The notes under the pieces: model-generated | The model's input: only the letters and a program-made list of their open reading frames with translations | The model's database searches: none | What the model was told of the DNA's origin: nothing | Program-made: the position numbers and the translations under genes | In this document: one piece after another, positions 11,926 through 24,579 of the stretch | Layout: every line of letters begins with the position of its first letter | Position numbering within the stretch: the stretch's first letter is position 1 | DNA from: Chiloscyllium plagiosum | Taxonomy: Eukaryota | NCBI RefSeq assembly: GCF_004010195.1 | Contig: NC_057718.1 | Span: 65,167,663 to 65,209,558 of the forward strand | Length of the DNA stretch: 41,896 nt | Direction of reading: 5' to 3'

Positions 11926-12659
11926 ATCTCGGCTTTGTTTCCCGATCTCTGAATTGTCATCCCATTGCTACCAGAGCCTCTGGTCACTGCATTCCATACT
12001 ACCAAATCGTAGGGCCAGAAAATTTCCGTGACCTCTTTCTATTCCTGCCCGGTGCTGCCAGCAGAATTTATGTGCATAAATGGGATTTCCAATGCACTGT
12101 TGGTGAAGATATTGGGGAGGAGCAGGTATGACTCCAAGAAAATTCATTACCAAGCGGTTTTTCCAGTGTTAGTAGTTCCCAAATGCCTTTGATTTTTTTT
12201 TTTGTACTGGCTTTCCTGCCATCCTAGCAGCACAATATGGAAGGTTTCCAGATATAGCAGTACTATTCTTCCTTCCTAGGTCTCATGCACCCTGGCTATG
12301 CAGGGTGAACAGAACAAAACACAGTGCTTGTTGCTCGACTGTGATATTTCTGCATCACTTTTTTCAAGAATATTTTGTTTCAACTTCATTACAAGATAAT
12401 AATGATTTTTCTTGATGCCCTTGACAAAATTTGTGAATAAATATGAGGGGGAGGAGAAGGAAGATGAGATTGAGGAGAAAGACAACAAAGAGAAAGATGA
12501 TAATTTCAATATTTATTCTATTGCCCATGATGCCAGGTTGCCCTTATAATACAAGATTCAGTTAGTAACACCTCTAGACTGATTTCAGAACTGTACTCAA
12601 TGACCACTCTTCCTCCACCAGCCCCCAACAATATATTTGACACAAAACCATCTGCAAAC

Positions 12660-12860
12660 ATAGAAAGGTGCACTTGAAAATGATGATATGTGAGGAACTA
12701 TGTGGTGGAGGAGCCTTGATACAGCAGATTGAACAGAAGCAAGGGCAAGGTGCAGTGCATAAGGGCAGCAGAGGTCATGACTGCAGAAGGATATAGGTAA
12801 TCGTGTAACTGGACACACCTTTCTTGACCTAGTTAGGCCAATAAAACTAACCAGGAATCC
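12660..12860 (+). mobile_element. Degenerate Gypsy integrase zinc-binding (H2C2) fragment
   Basis: Frameshifted VRNYV.WRSLDT..IEQK, resembling the ARSYVWWPGLD..IE motif. Confidence 0.4.
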
Positions 12861-13479
12861 TAGCACATGGCAGCATGCTCATGCTGTGGACTTTCTGGTA
12901 CGCCTTCTTTATCTTATCAGCAGATTTCTTCAATACCCAGGAAGGGTTTGTCTTTTTGAGGGATGCATCTTTGAACTGAAGAACAGCCTTTGTTGAAACT
13001 TCTGCAAGTTTTTTTCTGTTTTGGCTTCTAATGCCTCCCCATTCCATTTTTGGATTGCACCTTCAAGCACTCACTAAAATCACAGTGTCATACAGGTCTC
13101 CATCACACCTGCTATTGGACAATCAATGGCAACACAGAAGTAAAGTAGCAATGTGGGACTTGTGCTAAAATATGTATACCAGACATAGTTCATGTTTCTC
13201 CTGCAATATTAAAGATGCTGCTCCCAATGTTCTAACAGTGTGAACATTTGGTTCTTTAGTTCTGAAAGAGTCATGCTGCCTCAGAATCATAATCATTCCA
13301 AAGAATTGTGGTGAGCCTGATTGCAGAGAAAAACATTCTTCACATTTTTACCAAAAGCAAAATTGGTGTAAAGATAAAAATAAAACTGACGTGGGCTAAT
13401 ACCTCATTGGAAATTGCTGTGACAATGCAGCTGAATATCTATCTCAAGTTCCAACAGTTGGCTGACTGAAAATTTATTT

Positions 13480-14265
13480 GAGTTGAACATAAACTGTTGT
13501 AGAAATTCAGAACATTATCTCCAAAAGATACTGGGATGGTCGAAGTTTTCAGTACTAAGAACATTTCTTTTAATAAGCTGAAAGTATCAACAGATTAGGA
13601 GCTAAGATTTTTTAAAAAATGAAATTAAAGTGCAGATCAGCTATGACCTAACCGAATGAGCTGATTAAGTAAATTGACTACCTGTTCTTCAGAATCCCAT
13701 GTTCCTACATCTTAGTGGAAACCAAACACTGGACGCTATTTATAGCACAATATTACTTATCTCTGTCTGAGTGTGAAAGCATTAAATAGAGAGTTTGAAC
13801 ATGACAAACAAGATTGACTAACCACTTGTTCTAGCTCTGTGCACTCAGGGAAACAAATCGGAGCCAGCAAAGGCCTTTTCAAATATCACCAGCAGTGACG
13901 TTTTACTGGAATAGATGTTAAAGGGGAATTTAACAGACATTTTGAAAATTATGAGAGCATTTTGGAAACAAAATGGTGAAATATTATTTCTGCTGATCAG
14001 TAAATCAAACAACAAATGGAGCCCAGAATCAGGACTTTTAGAAAAAGAATACTGAAGTGTTCTTTAAAAATATATTCTGCAGTTGGTCATTAGCATATGA
14101 AGACATTACTACCAGTGGCTAAGACATTATATTAATATGTAAGACAATTTAACGAGCTGATGGGGAATGGGAGAAGGACGGTGAAAAAGGATTAATTGTT
14201 TGAAGAGTTAGAACTGATGAAGCAAGCTGACTGACTTTTTTCAAAGCTCTGATTTCTATGATTAT
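13480..14265 (+). mobile_element. Two highly decayed CR1 3' ends
   Basis: 3'UTR-like GATCAGCTATGA..GAATG..ATGTTCCTA (~13635-13708) and GDLTD.FKIM-like coding to TTTCTATGATT (~13920-14265). Confidence 0.45.
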
Positions 14266-14661
14266 TTATGACAATCTCAAGGGTCAGAAATGATAATTGC
14301 ATACTGTATGACCATTTCTATTCATGGTTTTGACATCATCCAAATCTTTTGGTAAGACTGTTTTCTCAAAATGGTTATTATTTATTAGTCTGCATTTTAG
14401 ACTATATCCATAACCCAACTTTGTTACAAGTAACTATTATTTTTCTGTACAATTCAATCTCAGATTTCAATTTACTAACATTTTAAATGTGAAAAATATA
14501 AAAGTGTGAAAATATAAAAACAATTATTTAAGGGTTAATAGCCAACTAGTTATTTACTCACTGTCAGTTTTCAATTAATTTGTCTCAGTGAAACCTTTCA
14601 AGGATCTGTCTCTCAAACAATATTTATAATTGTTTCAGGAGAAGGAAATTATTTTACTTAC

Positions 14662-14739
14662 CCTTTTTATAAAGAGTCTTCTGAGTTTTTGCTGAGGTAG
14701 TTTCATCATTTTCCTGCTTAAAAACACAGATAGCTGCTT
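14662..14739 (-). CDS. Candidate coding exon (78 bp, phase 1-1): (E)AAICVFKQENDETTSAKTQKTLYKK
   Basis: Strong donor AGG|GTAAGT; acceptor TTTCAG| (alternative acceptor at 14713); open frame. Confidence 0.3.
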
Positions 14740-15696
14740 CTGAAACTCGGAGAAAGCTTTCCAACCAGACAAACACCTGTCATCTTCTTCACTAATAACC
14801 TCTGTGACCCGCTTAAGCTTAAGCACGTCACCACAAACATATCACCCTCAAACATGTTGACAGATTTAAAAAGATCATGCAGGTTCTGTTTTTACAGCCA
14901 ATATCAGGTGAAAACAGTGCACATCCATCATCCTCTCAGGACTCTGTCATCACATTGATGGAGAGATGCAAGGGAGTCCAGGCAGGTTCCTAGCACACAA
15001 CTTTTCTATTTGTTTATATACCACAGGGAAAAAAAAATGAATGGGCTCATCATTTTGAGTGGCTGTCCCAAACCTGCTGCCGACACAAAATCCACTTCAA
15101 ATCAAACCAGTTACTCTGACCCTTCCCAAAAACAAGTCAAAGATTATTGAACTCCAGCTGCCAGCCTGCAGTGAATACAAGCCTCCTGTTCACTGAAATC
15201 AATTCATTAGAGGCTATCTTTTCCCCGAAACACAAAGATTTGCTTTGCTGTTTTGTCTTTCACTGCTCAAGCTGAGCTTCCCTATTTAGCCAACAAAGCA
15301 GAGAAAGAGAAGGACTGATGAGGTGAAGACATTTTTTGTTGTTATTACTGCATTATTGGAAAACTAATCCATTGTTTTAAGGCACCTTGATTTGCGTCTA
15401 AAAATAAATGCAAGCAGGAAGTAAAAAATAATTACGCTTTTCAGCAACAACGACCTCTCCTGTTACAAGTGCACTTGGTTTGCCAATTCCCATATAATCC
15501 ATTAGGGGTTATTTAGGAATACATCTGAAGGGATTAGTTCGTACAACATCTGTCTACAACAGCATTTAATAAAGACTTTGGTGCCACAAAATTACAATGC
15601 AGTCTCTAGTGACACCATATTGATGACAGTGTTAATACAGCCATGAGAAGCATCTACACAATGATGTCAGTTATGCTGATTTGACACTCACACTAC

Positions 15697-15852
15697 AAAT
15701 GCAAAATACTGCAGATACTGGAAATTCAAAATTAAAGCAGAAAATACAGGAAAGAGCAAGAGGAGTATCAGGCAGTATCAGAGGAGAGGAGCAGAGTTAA
15801 CACTTCAGTCAACGGTTACCCTTCATCCCAATTGACTCGAAATGTTGGCTCG
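15697..15852 (-). mobile_element. Decayed Penelope pLTR fragment
   Basis: AAATACTGCAGATACTGGAA...GAGTTAACACTTCAG...CCCTTCATC matches the reverse complement of pLTR ends elsewhere in the window. Confidence 0.5.
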
Positions 15853-16456
15853 AAAACAACACCCAAAATGGGAAACCAGGTAGGTGGGTGCACTGAGTTT
15901 TCTGGGAAGTAAAATGTCAGCTTCCTAGTAGTTGGGTGAAAGGATGGAATTAAGGATGCAGTGAATTGAAGGCAGATTGAGTTTTCCGATGGCAAACACC
16001 TAGAATATATTTGTGATGCACCACCATGTTATGCATAGTTACTAAACACCATTTAACCCAGAGTAATGATAACCTTACAGTTAAATCTGCAGTGATGAAG
16101 AAACATATGCCTTCAACTTCACAACTACTTGAAGTTAGTACACAGCAGGCCAGGGAGTCTACGTGGTGGATTTCGACTGAATAGAAGCATTGGTGATGAG
16201 GCATTTGATGCATTTCAGATTGAACGGGACATAGATGACCAGGGGAGGTAGGGAGGTCAGAGGGAATAAACTGGATGACACAGGGAAAGCCAGTATGTGC
16301 AGATGGGAGGTAAAGAATGATAGAGTGATGATGTGAGGAAGAACATGACCTTGTGATATGGCAGCTAAGATTTTCAGCAATGAAAGGGAGGTGCAGGAGG
16401 AGATCAGAAAGTTCTAGCAGCAGTTGTAGTCTCAGGGCATCCATTCAGAATCGACT

Positions 16457-16786
16457 GAGGAGAATCCAAAGAGTTTTTACAAATACATTAAGGACAAAAG
16501 AGTAACAAGGGAGAGAACAAGGCCCTTCAAAGACCAGCAAGGCGGCCTTTGTGTGGAGCCGGAGAAAATAGGGGAGATACTAAATGAGTATTTTGCATCA
16601 GTATTTACTTTGGAAAAGGATATGGAAGATAGAGACTGTAGGGAAATAGATGGCGACATCTTGCAAAATGTCCGTATTATAGAGGAGGAAGTGCTGGATG
16701 TCTTGAAGCAGATAAAGGTGGATAAATCCCCAGGACCTGATCAGGTGTAGCCTAGAACTCTATGGGAAGCTAGAGAAGTGATTGCT
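16457..16786 (+). mobile_element. CR1 (HER1-like) ORF2 fragment
   Basis: ENPKSFYKYIKDKR..GEILNEYFASVFT..KSPGPDQV; matches 40565-40894. Confidence 0.9.
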
Positions 16787-17762
16787 TTGGTCCAACCCCA
16801 TGTCGACCAGATATCACAACCCAATCTAGTCCCACCTGCCAGCACCCGGCCCATATCCCTCCAAACCCTTCCTATTCATACCCTCATAATTTTGTAAACC
16901 TCTATAAGGTCACCCCTCAGCCTCCGGCGCTCAAGGGAAAACCGTCCCAGCCTGTTCAGCCTCTCCCTATAGCTCAAATCCTCCAACCCTGGCAACATCC
17001 TTCTAAATCTCTTCAGAACCTTTTCAAGTTTCACAACATCTTTCCAATAAGAAGGAGACCAGAATTGCACGTAATGTTCCAACAGTGGCCTAACCAATGT
17101 CCTGTACAACTGCAACATGACCTCTCAACTCCTGTACTCAATACTCTGACCAATATAGGAAAGCATACCAAATCCCTTCTTCACTATCCTACTACCTGCG
17201 GCTCCACTTTCAAAGAGCTATGAACCTGCACTCCAAGGTCTCTTTGTTCAGAAACACTCCCTAGGACCTTACCATTAAGTGTATAAGTCCTGCTAAGATT
17301 TGCTTTCCCAAAATGCAGCACCTCGCATTTATCTGAACTAAACTCCATCTGCCACTTCTCAGCCCATTAGCCCATCTGGTCCAGATCCTGTTGTAATCTG
17401 AGGTAACCCTCTTCGCTGTCCATTACACCTCCAATTTTGGTGTCATCTGTACCTCTTATGCTCTCATCCAAATCATTTATGTAATGACAAAACGTAGAGG
17501 GCCCAGCACAGATCCTTGTGGCACTCCACTGGTCACAGGCCTCCAGTCTGAAAAACAACCCTTCAACACCACCCTCTGTCTTCTACCTTTGAGCCAGTTC
17601 TGTATTCAAATGGCTAGTTCTCCCTGTATTCTGTGAGATCTAACCTTGCTAATCAGTCTCCCATGGGGAACCTTGTCGAACGTCTTACTGAAGTCCATAC
17701 AGAGCACATTGACCACTCTACCCTCATCAATCCTCTTTGTTACTTCCTCAAAAAACTCAACC
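16787..17762 (-). mobile_element. CR1 (HER1-like) RT-to-3'UTR fragment, inverted relative to the adjacent piece, with internal deletions
   Basis: ORFs 16876-17118 and 17367-17558; matches 41159-41896 on the opposite strand. Confidence 0.9.
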
Positions 17763-17778
17763 AAGGCTTTGATACTTG

Positions 17779-17828
17779 GATTCTCCTGGTCCCTGGATGC
17801 TGTCTGACCTGCTGTGCTTTTCCAGCAT
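17779..17828 (+). mobile_element. Penelope pLTR fragment
   Basis: GATTCTCCTG..GATGCTG..TGACCTGCTGTGCTTTTCCAGCA. Confidence 0.65.
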
Positions 17829-18189
17829 GAAAATTGTTGTTTGGCCAGTTGGTACTACCTATACAGGAAAGGCATAAGCAAGAGGATATCTATAACAGAG
17901 AAGCACCATCATTTAATCTGAAACTCTCAATCAGCTCAGATAATGGCATCATGCTGTAGGATCAACATGTGGACATACAGGATCAACATGAGCTGAGTCA
18001 CCAAGAATGAATACACTGCAGTCAGGCTGGGTAGAAAAATATACTGTGGGTGTGAGTTTCCTGAAGGGTGAAATTGTAAATGAAACTCAGTGACAGCATT
18101 GGACTCAGATAAGGAGTTTAATGGAGTGCAGTTCAGTAAAATAATGGAAGTGTACACAGAGATGCTTGATGCACAATTCTGCTAGAAGC

Positions 18190-19400
18190 CTATTGCGACA
18201 GGCAAGAAGCATGGAGGCATCCAACTCTAACTTGACACAGGTCTTCATGCAAATTATCTAACCTGGAAATGATGCCAACTCCATAACCATGCTTATGAGT
18301 CCAGTCATGATTCAGCACCTGGTGGCTGATACCTCAACCTTCCAATCTTCAATCCACAAACGCATCGGAAATGGTACTGCTGCCATTTTCTCCAGATCAC
18401 AGTTGTTCATATCCTTCTCCCATGACTAAGAATTAAGCAGCTCAGGCAGTGGGTTAATCCATCATTGGTATCTCCTAGGTGCGGGCACTCCTGACTGTAT
18501 ACATATTGTTTTCAAAGTACCTCATTACTAAACTGCAGAGTTCATCAACAGAAAAGTTTCCCACTCTATCAAAGCTCAAACAATGTGTGACCATCAATGC
18601 CTGATTTTGCACAAGAGGGTGGCACGGTGGCACAGTGGTTAGCACTGCTGCCTCACAGCTCCAGAGACCCGGGTTCAATTCCCACCTCAGGCGACTGACT
18701 GTGTGGAGTTTGCACATTCTCCCCATGTCTGCGTGGGTTTCCTCCGGGTGCTCCGGTTTCCTCCCACAGTCCAAAGATGTGCAGGTCAGGTGAATTGGCC
18801 ATGCTAAATTGCCCGTAGTGTTAGGTAAGGGGTAAATGTAGGGGTATTGGTGGGTTACGCTTCGGCGGGTCGGTGTGGACTTGTTGGGCCGAAGGGCCTG
18901 TTTCCACACTGTAATGTAATCTAATCTAATATCCTGGGAGCTGCTATGACACCAGAGACTCATAGGTTCCAGCCTCCTTCCGAGTCCTCAATAATATAGG
19001 GATGGCCCCTAAGATTTAAAGGCTACCCCACAAAAAATAGTTAATACCACTTTTACAAAATACTCAGACAGATGCAGAATGAAGGTACAACGCTGCCCAT
19101 GCTCCCACTAGGGCCACAGTAGAACAAGCCATAAATCCTCTTAAAACTGAGGCTTTGATACCTGGACCACTCTGGTGGGATCTTAGAGAAGGTGTCCCGT
19201 AACACTGTGTCATGCTGTGCACCTCGTAAATGAAGTCACCAAAGAGTGGATGTACTGGATGCAGATGAAATAAAGGATTGACAGCAATGTCCTCATGATG
19301 AGGACTGAGGACATTGATTGGTACAGAATGACAAAGCAATTCATTATCAAGCCTGGGAGGCCAGAGAGAACCTCTTGAAGCCTACTCCCAGGAGGAATAT
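18190..19400 (+). pseudogene. PIF/Harbinger DDE transposase (HARBI1-like), decayed and split by a SINE
   Basis: FQSSIHKRIGNGTAAIFSR; DCIHI..EFINRKVSHSIKAQTMCDH; PGSCYD; KGYP; RYNAAHAPTRATVEQAI..LDHSGG..SCCA. Confidence 0.8.
18617..18930 (+). mobile_element. HE1-type SINE (full length)
   Basis: Same head, body and (TAATC)n tail as 7517-7799. Confidence 0.93.
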
Positions 19401-19867
19401 GCTGGGTTTGGACTGAATAGTCTGTTGGTTGTGTGGCAAGCATTCCCTGCTTGGTACAGAAGATGAGCAGATCACATTACTGTTACAGCCTTTGTCCTTT
19501 TCTACTACTGAATAAATGCCTCACTATCCATATGACTGTATGCTTGATATCTTTGGGTGATCTATTTTCAAGTATCTACATACCACATGTTCTATTAACC
19601 ATTAGGGAAAAAGCAGCAGAGAGTGAAACAGCAAACAAACATCTCATGATGTTTAAGCTAGTTATCTCTTAAGGCTTCAGTCTTTTTACAATATCCAATT
19701 GTTGGAGAGTGAAGCCTCTCATGATAAGCAGCAGGTTAGGACAAATCCCAAGGCATCTCCTTTTACTCTTCCACCACTTATTAACCTTCAACATTTCAAA
19801 GTACATGTAGACTGCTAACTTGCTGTCAATTCCTTGAGTCCTGTAGGACAGTGTTGAATGTGTTCAG

Positions 19868-19948
19868 AGTAAACAAGCTGGAGGATGGAAGAGCACAGCA
19901 AGACAGGCAGCATCAGGAGGTGGAGAAATCAACGTTTCAGGTAGAGCC
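19868..19948 (-). mobile_element. Short Penelope pLTR fragment
   Basis: GAAGAGCACAGCAAGACAGGCAGCATC...AACGTTTCAGG; ends within the hammerhead stem II region. Confidence 0.55.
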
Positions 19949-21984
19949 AGCTTTCCTTGTCAGGCCAATGTGCTATGGGTGAGAATGGACATGTGTGCAG
20001 ACTGCTGTACCCTAACCTCGAATTGCAATGTACTCCCTTGAGGAGCTGCGAGAGAGAATGAACCTTCCATCCAGAGTTTTGTGGAATTAATGGTTTTGCA
20101 TTCTTACTCTCAAAGCCAGTGTAATAATGGAATGATGTGCATCAAATTGTAGCACAATCGCTGCACATTGTGTTCAGCTTTGGTACTGTTCACATTAAAG
20201 TGCAACATCCTGGATACAATCCTCAATGCCATGGTTCAAGGATCTATGACATCTAAGGTTACCTGCAATCAAAGAGTCAGTGGCCTGTGAAAAATGAACA
20301 AAGCTTGGGAGTTATATTTTTTCCATCCTTGTAATGTTGGAAGAGGCTGCTCATCTTTCACAAGAGTTAGACTAAAGCAGGTCTGATAGCAACAAAGACA
20401 CTAGAGCAGACAATCTTAAGAGCATAAGTGAAGATCTATTTATAAAAATGTCCACCGTGCCACCTATCTGCACGCAGTAAGTTGTTGTTTCTTCATCTCT
20501 TGAGCAGTTTCTTCATCACCACAGGCACTATATACAATCCTGACTTCTGCAGCAGGAGTGGAGGAAGCCTGCACTGTAATGAGTCCTGTTGAGAGGGAGA
20601 GACTTGAACAGTCATCTCCTGGGTTTTGGGGCCTGGAATTTCCAGCCCAGCTGGGAGTGCCCTGTCCAGATGCAGGCACATCCTCCTCTCCTGGAACTTC
20701 TGCAGGATTTGGGATGACAGGCAGGGACAAAGTGGAGGGACTGCACACCTCTGGAATGTCCTGAGAGGAAACTTCTGAAGATCGAACTCCCTATAGGTGC
20801 CTGTTGGCATCACCCGATCTCCATGAGAGGAAGGGACATCTGATGCAAGGTATCTCATCCACCATGTGATTGATGGCGAGCGTTTGCAATGCACGTCCGT
20901 GTGCATGTCCAGTAGACACTGTGTGTACTCGATCGGAGTCTCTAGCACCAACCTGTGAATACACACAGTCAAACATACACGTGCTGAAGTCAGAATGGTG
21001 CTAATAATGTCAGTGGAGATCTCCACCTTTTCATCCAGTTTAGCAATTCCTTCTGCCTGCCATCGCTATGTATATACACAATATTACTGATGGTAAAGAC
21101 CATGGAACATCTTTTTCTTTCTCATGGTTAAATAGGTGCTTGGTCTCTGGCAGTCCTCCATGTGTCAGAGACCTGGGACATTTCTTGCTCAATCAGCTTT
21201 GGAGACATAATGTGCTCATCAGATTCTGCTCCCAATTCTGATCTAGAAAGAGTACCCACCGAGGTGAAAGTCTTCAAGCTGGTGAAGGGTAGAGTGAAAG
21301 TCTTTCCGATGCATTTATGAGGGTTCAATGACTTGCACTTCAGGGCTGCAGGCAGAGTGAATGCTCTCTGGTGCTCAGCTCTTTTTGGCCAAGGTTCACT
21401 GGATGCTGCTAGTGCTTGCATAAGCAAAGAAATTATTTGTATGAGAGGGATAAAAGCTTTTGCAGATTAAGAATGAGTTAACATAGGTGGTAATGGGGCA
21501 GCAGCACAGCACAATGAAGCTTATTGGGTTGGTTGACAGGCTTTTGAGGTTCCCTGTTCCCACATAAGCATCCATGCTCCTCTCCAGAAGAATAATTCTC
21601 AAGAATTTTGTCTTTATACTGAATAAGGAGTTAATACCACCCATCCTCAGCCCTAGTCTTGGACATCTCACCCCAGTTACGGACCAGTTTTTCCTGCAGT
21701 GAGACAAAGAGATGGATTGACTACTACGAAAGTGCATAAAAAAGCACTTAGTGGCATTGCAGGACAGATGGTGAGGTACTCCCACTGAGTGAGGAGCAAG
21801 TTGAAAAGGGCAGGAGGGTAAATAATTTAGGAGGAGGTGGGTGAAAGTCATTGAGTAGACATTTTGTATACAATCGTGAGAGATGTAGTCTGTCAGCCTT
21901 GCTAAGAAACGTGTCCAGCGGCAGAGTTAGAGTGAATGGTGGCCTTGAGAGTGTTAGGTAACAGAGAGAAGACACTGGTACTTA

Positions 21985-24520
21985 TCCTTGAAAAGTGCAG
22001 AAAACACCTGATCATTTTCCTGCAGTGTTGACGGTTTCATTTTACCATCTAAGTGTGTGGTGCTGGAAAAGCACAGCTGGTCAGGCAGCATCTGAGGGGC
22101 AGGAGAATTGACATTTCAAGCATAAGCCCCTCATCAGGAATGAGGGGGTGGCCCAAGGGGGCTGAGAAATAAATGGGACGTGGGGTGGGACTGGGGGGAA
22201 GGTAACTGGGAATGCAATAGGTAGATGAAGATGTGGGTGAAGGTGATAGGTTGGAGACGAGGGTGGAACAGATAGGTAGGAAGGGAGATGGACCGGTAGG
22301 ACAGTTCAAGAAGGCAGTGAGTTGTAAGGTTGGATCTGGAATAAGGTGTGGGGAGGGGTGGTAAATGAGGAAACTGGTGAAATCCTCTTTGATCCTGTGT
22401 GGTTAGAAGGTTCCAAAGTGGAAGATGAGGCGTTCTTCTTCCAGGCATCGGGTGGTTAGGATTTGGAGAAGGCCCAGGACTTGCATGTCTTTGGCAGACT
22501 GGGAGGGTGAGTTAAAGTGTTTGGCTACAGGGCAATGGTTTTTTTAGTTTGTGTGTTCCAGAGATGTTCTCTGAAAGATTCCACAAGTAGACATCTTATC
22601 TCCCCAATCATCGGGAGCAATGGACACAGTAGATGATGTGTGTGGAAGTACAGGTAAATCTCTGTTGGATGTGGAAGGATCCTTTGGAGCCTTCATTTCT
22701 TCCTTTCATGCTGACTCAACCAGAACCGTTCCACTGACAGTCTCATTCAATTGGCTGAACTGGTCCTCATCCTCACCAATTTCTCCTTCAAATCCTCCCA
22801 TATCCTCCAAACCAAAGGGTAGCCTTGGGCACCCGCATAGGCCCCAGCTATGCCTGCCTCTTTGTTGGGTATGTGGAACAGTCCATCTTCCACAGTTACA
22901 GCGGCACCATTCCCCACCTTCTCCTCCGCTACATTGATGACTGTAGCAGCACCACTGCATGCTCCCATGAGGAGGCTGATGAGTTCACCAACTTCACTAA
23001 CACATTCCACCCCAACCACAAGTTAAGATGGACCATCTCGGACACCTCCCTCCCCTTCCTGAACCTCTCCATCTCCATTTCCAGTGACCGACTCAACACG
23101 GACATCTACTACAAACCCACCAACTCCCACAGCTACCTGGACTACACCTCCTCCCACCATGCCTCTTGTAAAAATGCTATTCCATATTCCCAATTCCTCT
23201 GCCTCCTTCGCATCTGCTCCCAGAAGGACCAATTCCACCATAGAACATCCCAGATGGCCTCCTTCTTCAAAGACCGTAATTTCCCCTCCCACATGGTTCA
23301 CAATGCCCTCTAGCACATCTCATCCACTTCCCACACCTCTGCCCTTGATTCCCACCCCTCCAATCACAACAAGGACAAAAACCCTTCAATCCTTACCTTC
23401 CACCCCACCAACCTCAGTATATATCGCATCCTTGTCTGCCATTTCCACTACCTACAAAAGAAACCCCACCACCAGGGATATATTTCCCTCCCCATCCCTA
23501 TCTGCATTCTGGAGAGACCATTAGCTCCACAACTTCCTTGTTAGGTCCATTCCACCCACCAACCCACCCTCCACTCCCAGCACCTTCCCCAGCCACCACA
23601 AGAGGTGTAGCACCTGCGCCCACATCTCCCCCCTCACCTCCATCCTAGGCTCCAAAGGATCCTTCCACATCCGACAGAGATTTACCTGTACTTCCACACA
23701 CATCCACTGCTGTGTCGGTTTTTACTGATGCGATCTCCTCTACATTAGGGAGACAGATGCCAACTTGCAGAACATTTCAGAGAACATCTCTGGGACACAT
23801 GTATGAAACAACTCCACCAGCCCATGGCCGAACACTTTAACTCCTCTTCCCACTCCGCCAATGGCATGCGAATCCTGGGCCTCCTCCACCGCCTAAACTC
23901 TGGCCATCCAACGGCTGGGCCTCATCTTCTACCTAGGGACTCTCCAACCACATGAGATCAATGTGGATTTCACTAGTTTTCTCATTTCCCCTCCTCCCAC
24001 CTTATCCCAGTCCCAACCTTCCAACTTGGCACCACCTTCTTGAACTTTTCTACCTGTCCATCTCCCTTCCCACCTATCCACTCCACTCTTCTCTCTGACC
24101 TATCACCTTCATTCCCACCTTCATCTACCTATTGCATTCCCAGCTACCTTCCCCTCAGCCCCACTACCCCACCTCTCATTTATCTTTCAGCTCCGTTGGC
24201 CCATAAGCCTCATTCCTGATGAAGGGCTCATGCCTGAAATGTTGATTCTCCTGCTCTTCAGATGCTGCCTGACTGGCTGCACTTTTCCAGCACCACACTC
24301 TTCGACTCTGATCTCCAGCATCTTGAGTCCTCACTTTCTCCTACTTCCATTTTACCAATTACATAGCACTTAACTGGGCTGCAATCTTGGTCCAAGATGG
24401 CTGTGGCTGGAAGCATGACCCTACCTGGGCAGTCAACAGGAGACAGCACTGCCCTTGTCTCCACTACCCCTTCCACCAGTATCTTGAGGTTCCTGTTGGC
24501 TAAAGTTTCAGGCTGTAATT
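21985..24520 (-). pseudogene. Harbinger Myb/SANT-like DNA-binding gene, first exon, split by a Penelope insertion (parts ~24358-24520 and ~21985-22047)
   Basis: NRNLKILVEGVVETRAVLSP..WTKIAAQLSAM..[insert]..RQHCRKMI..LHFSR. Confidence 0.65.
22048..24347 (+). mobile_element. Penelope-like element, 5'-truncated, with inverted 5' partial copy (~22050-22695 minus; ~22700-24343 plus)
   Basis: RT motif MGTRIGPSYACLFVG..RYIDD (22825-23313), GIY-YIG LLYIRE region, pLTR hammerheads at 22107-22141(-) and 24211-24247(+); TSD CATTTTACCA at 22038-22047 and 24348-24357. Confidence 0.9.
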
Positions 24521-24579
24521 TGACAAATCTGCAGGATCTGAAGACCTGTGCCCTAGAATGCTAAAATAAATAGCTGCAG

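Noticed and set aside
11913..12570. ORFs and possible Harbinger transposase remnant
   Set aside because: Stops in all frames over the span; motif similarity too weak to call
15950..16444. 164-aa minus-strand ORF
   Set aside because: No recognisable domain beyond a weak GFPCV match; probably decayed repeat
20464..21851. Several 90-177 aa ORFs as host genes
   Set aside because: Lie inside the Harbinger relic; no supportable independent gene structure
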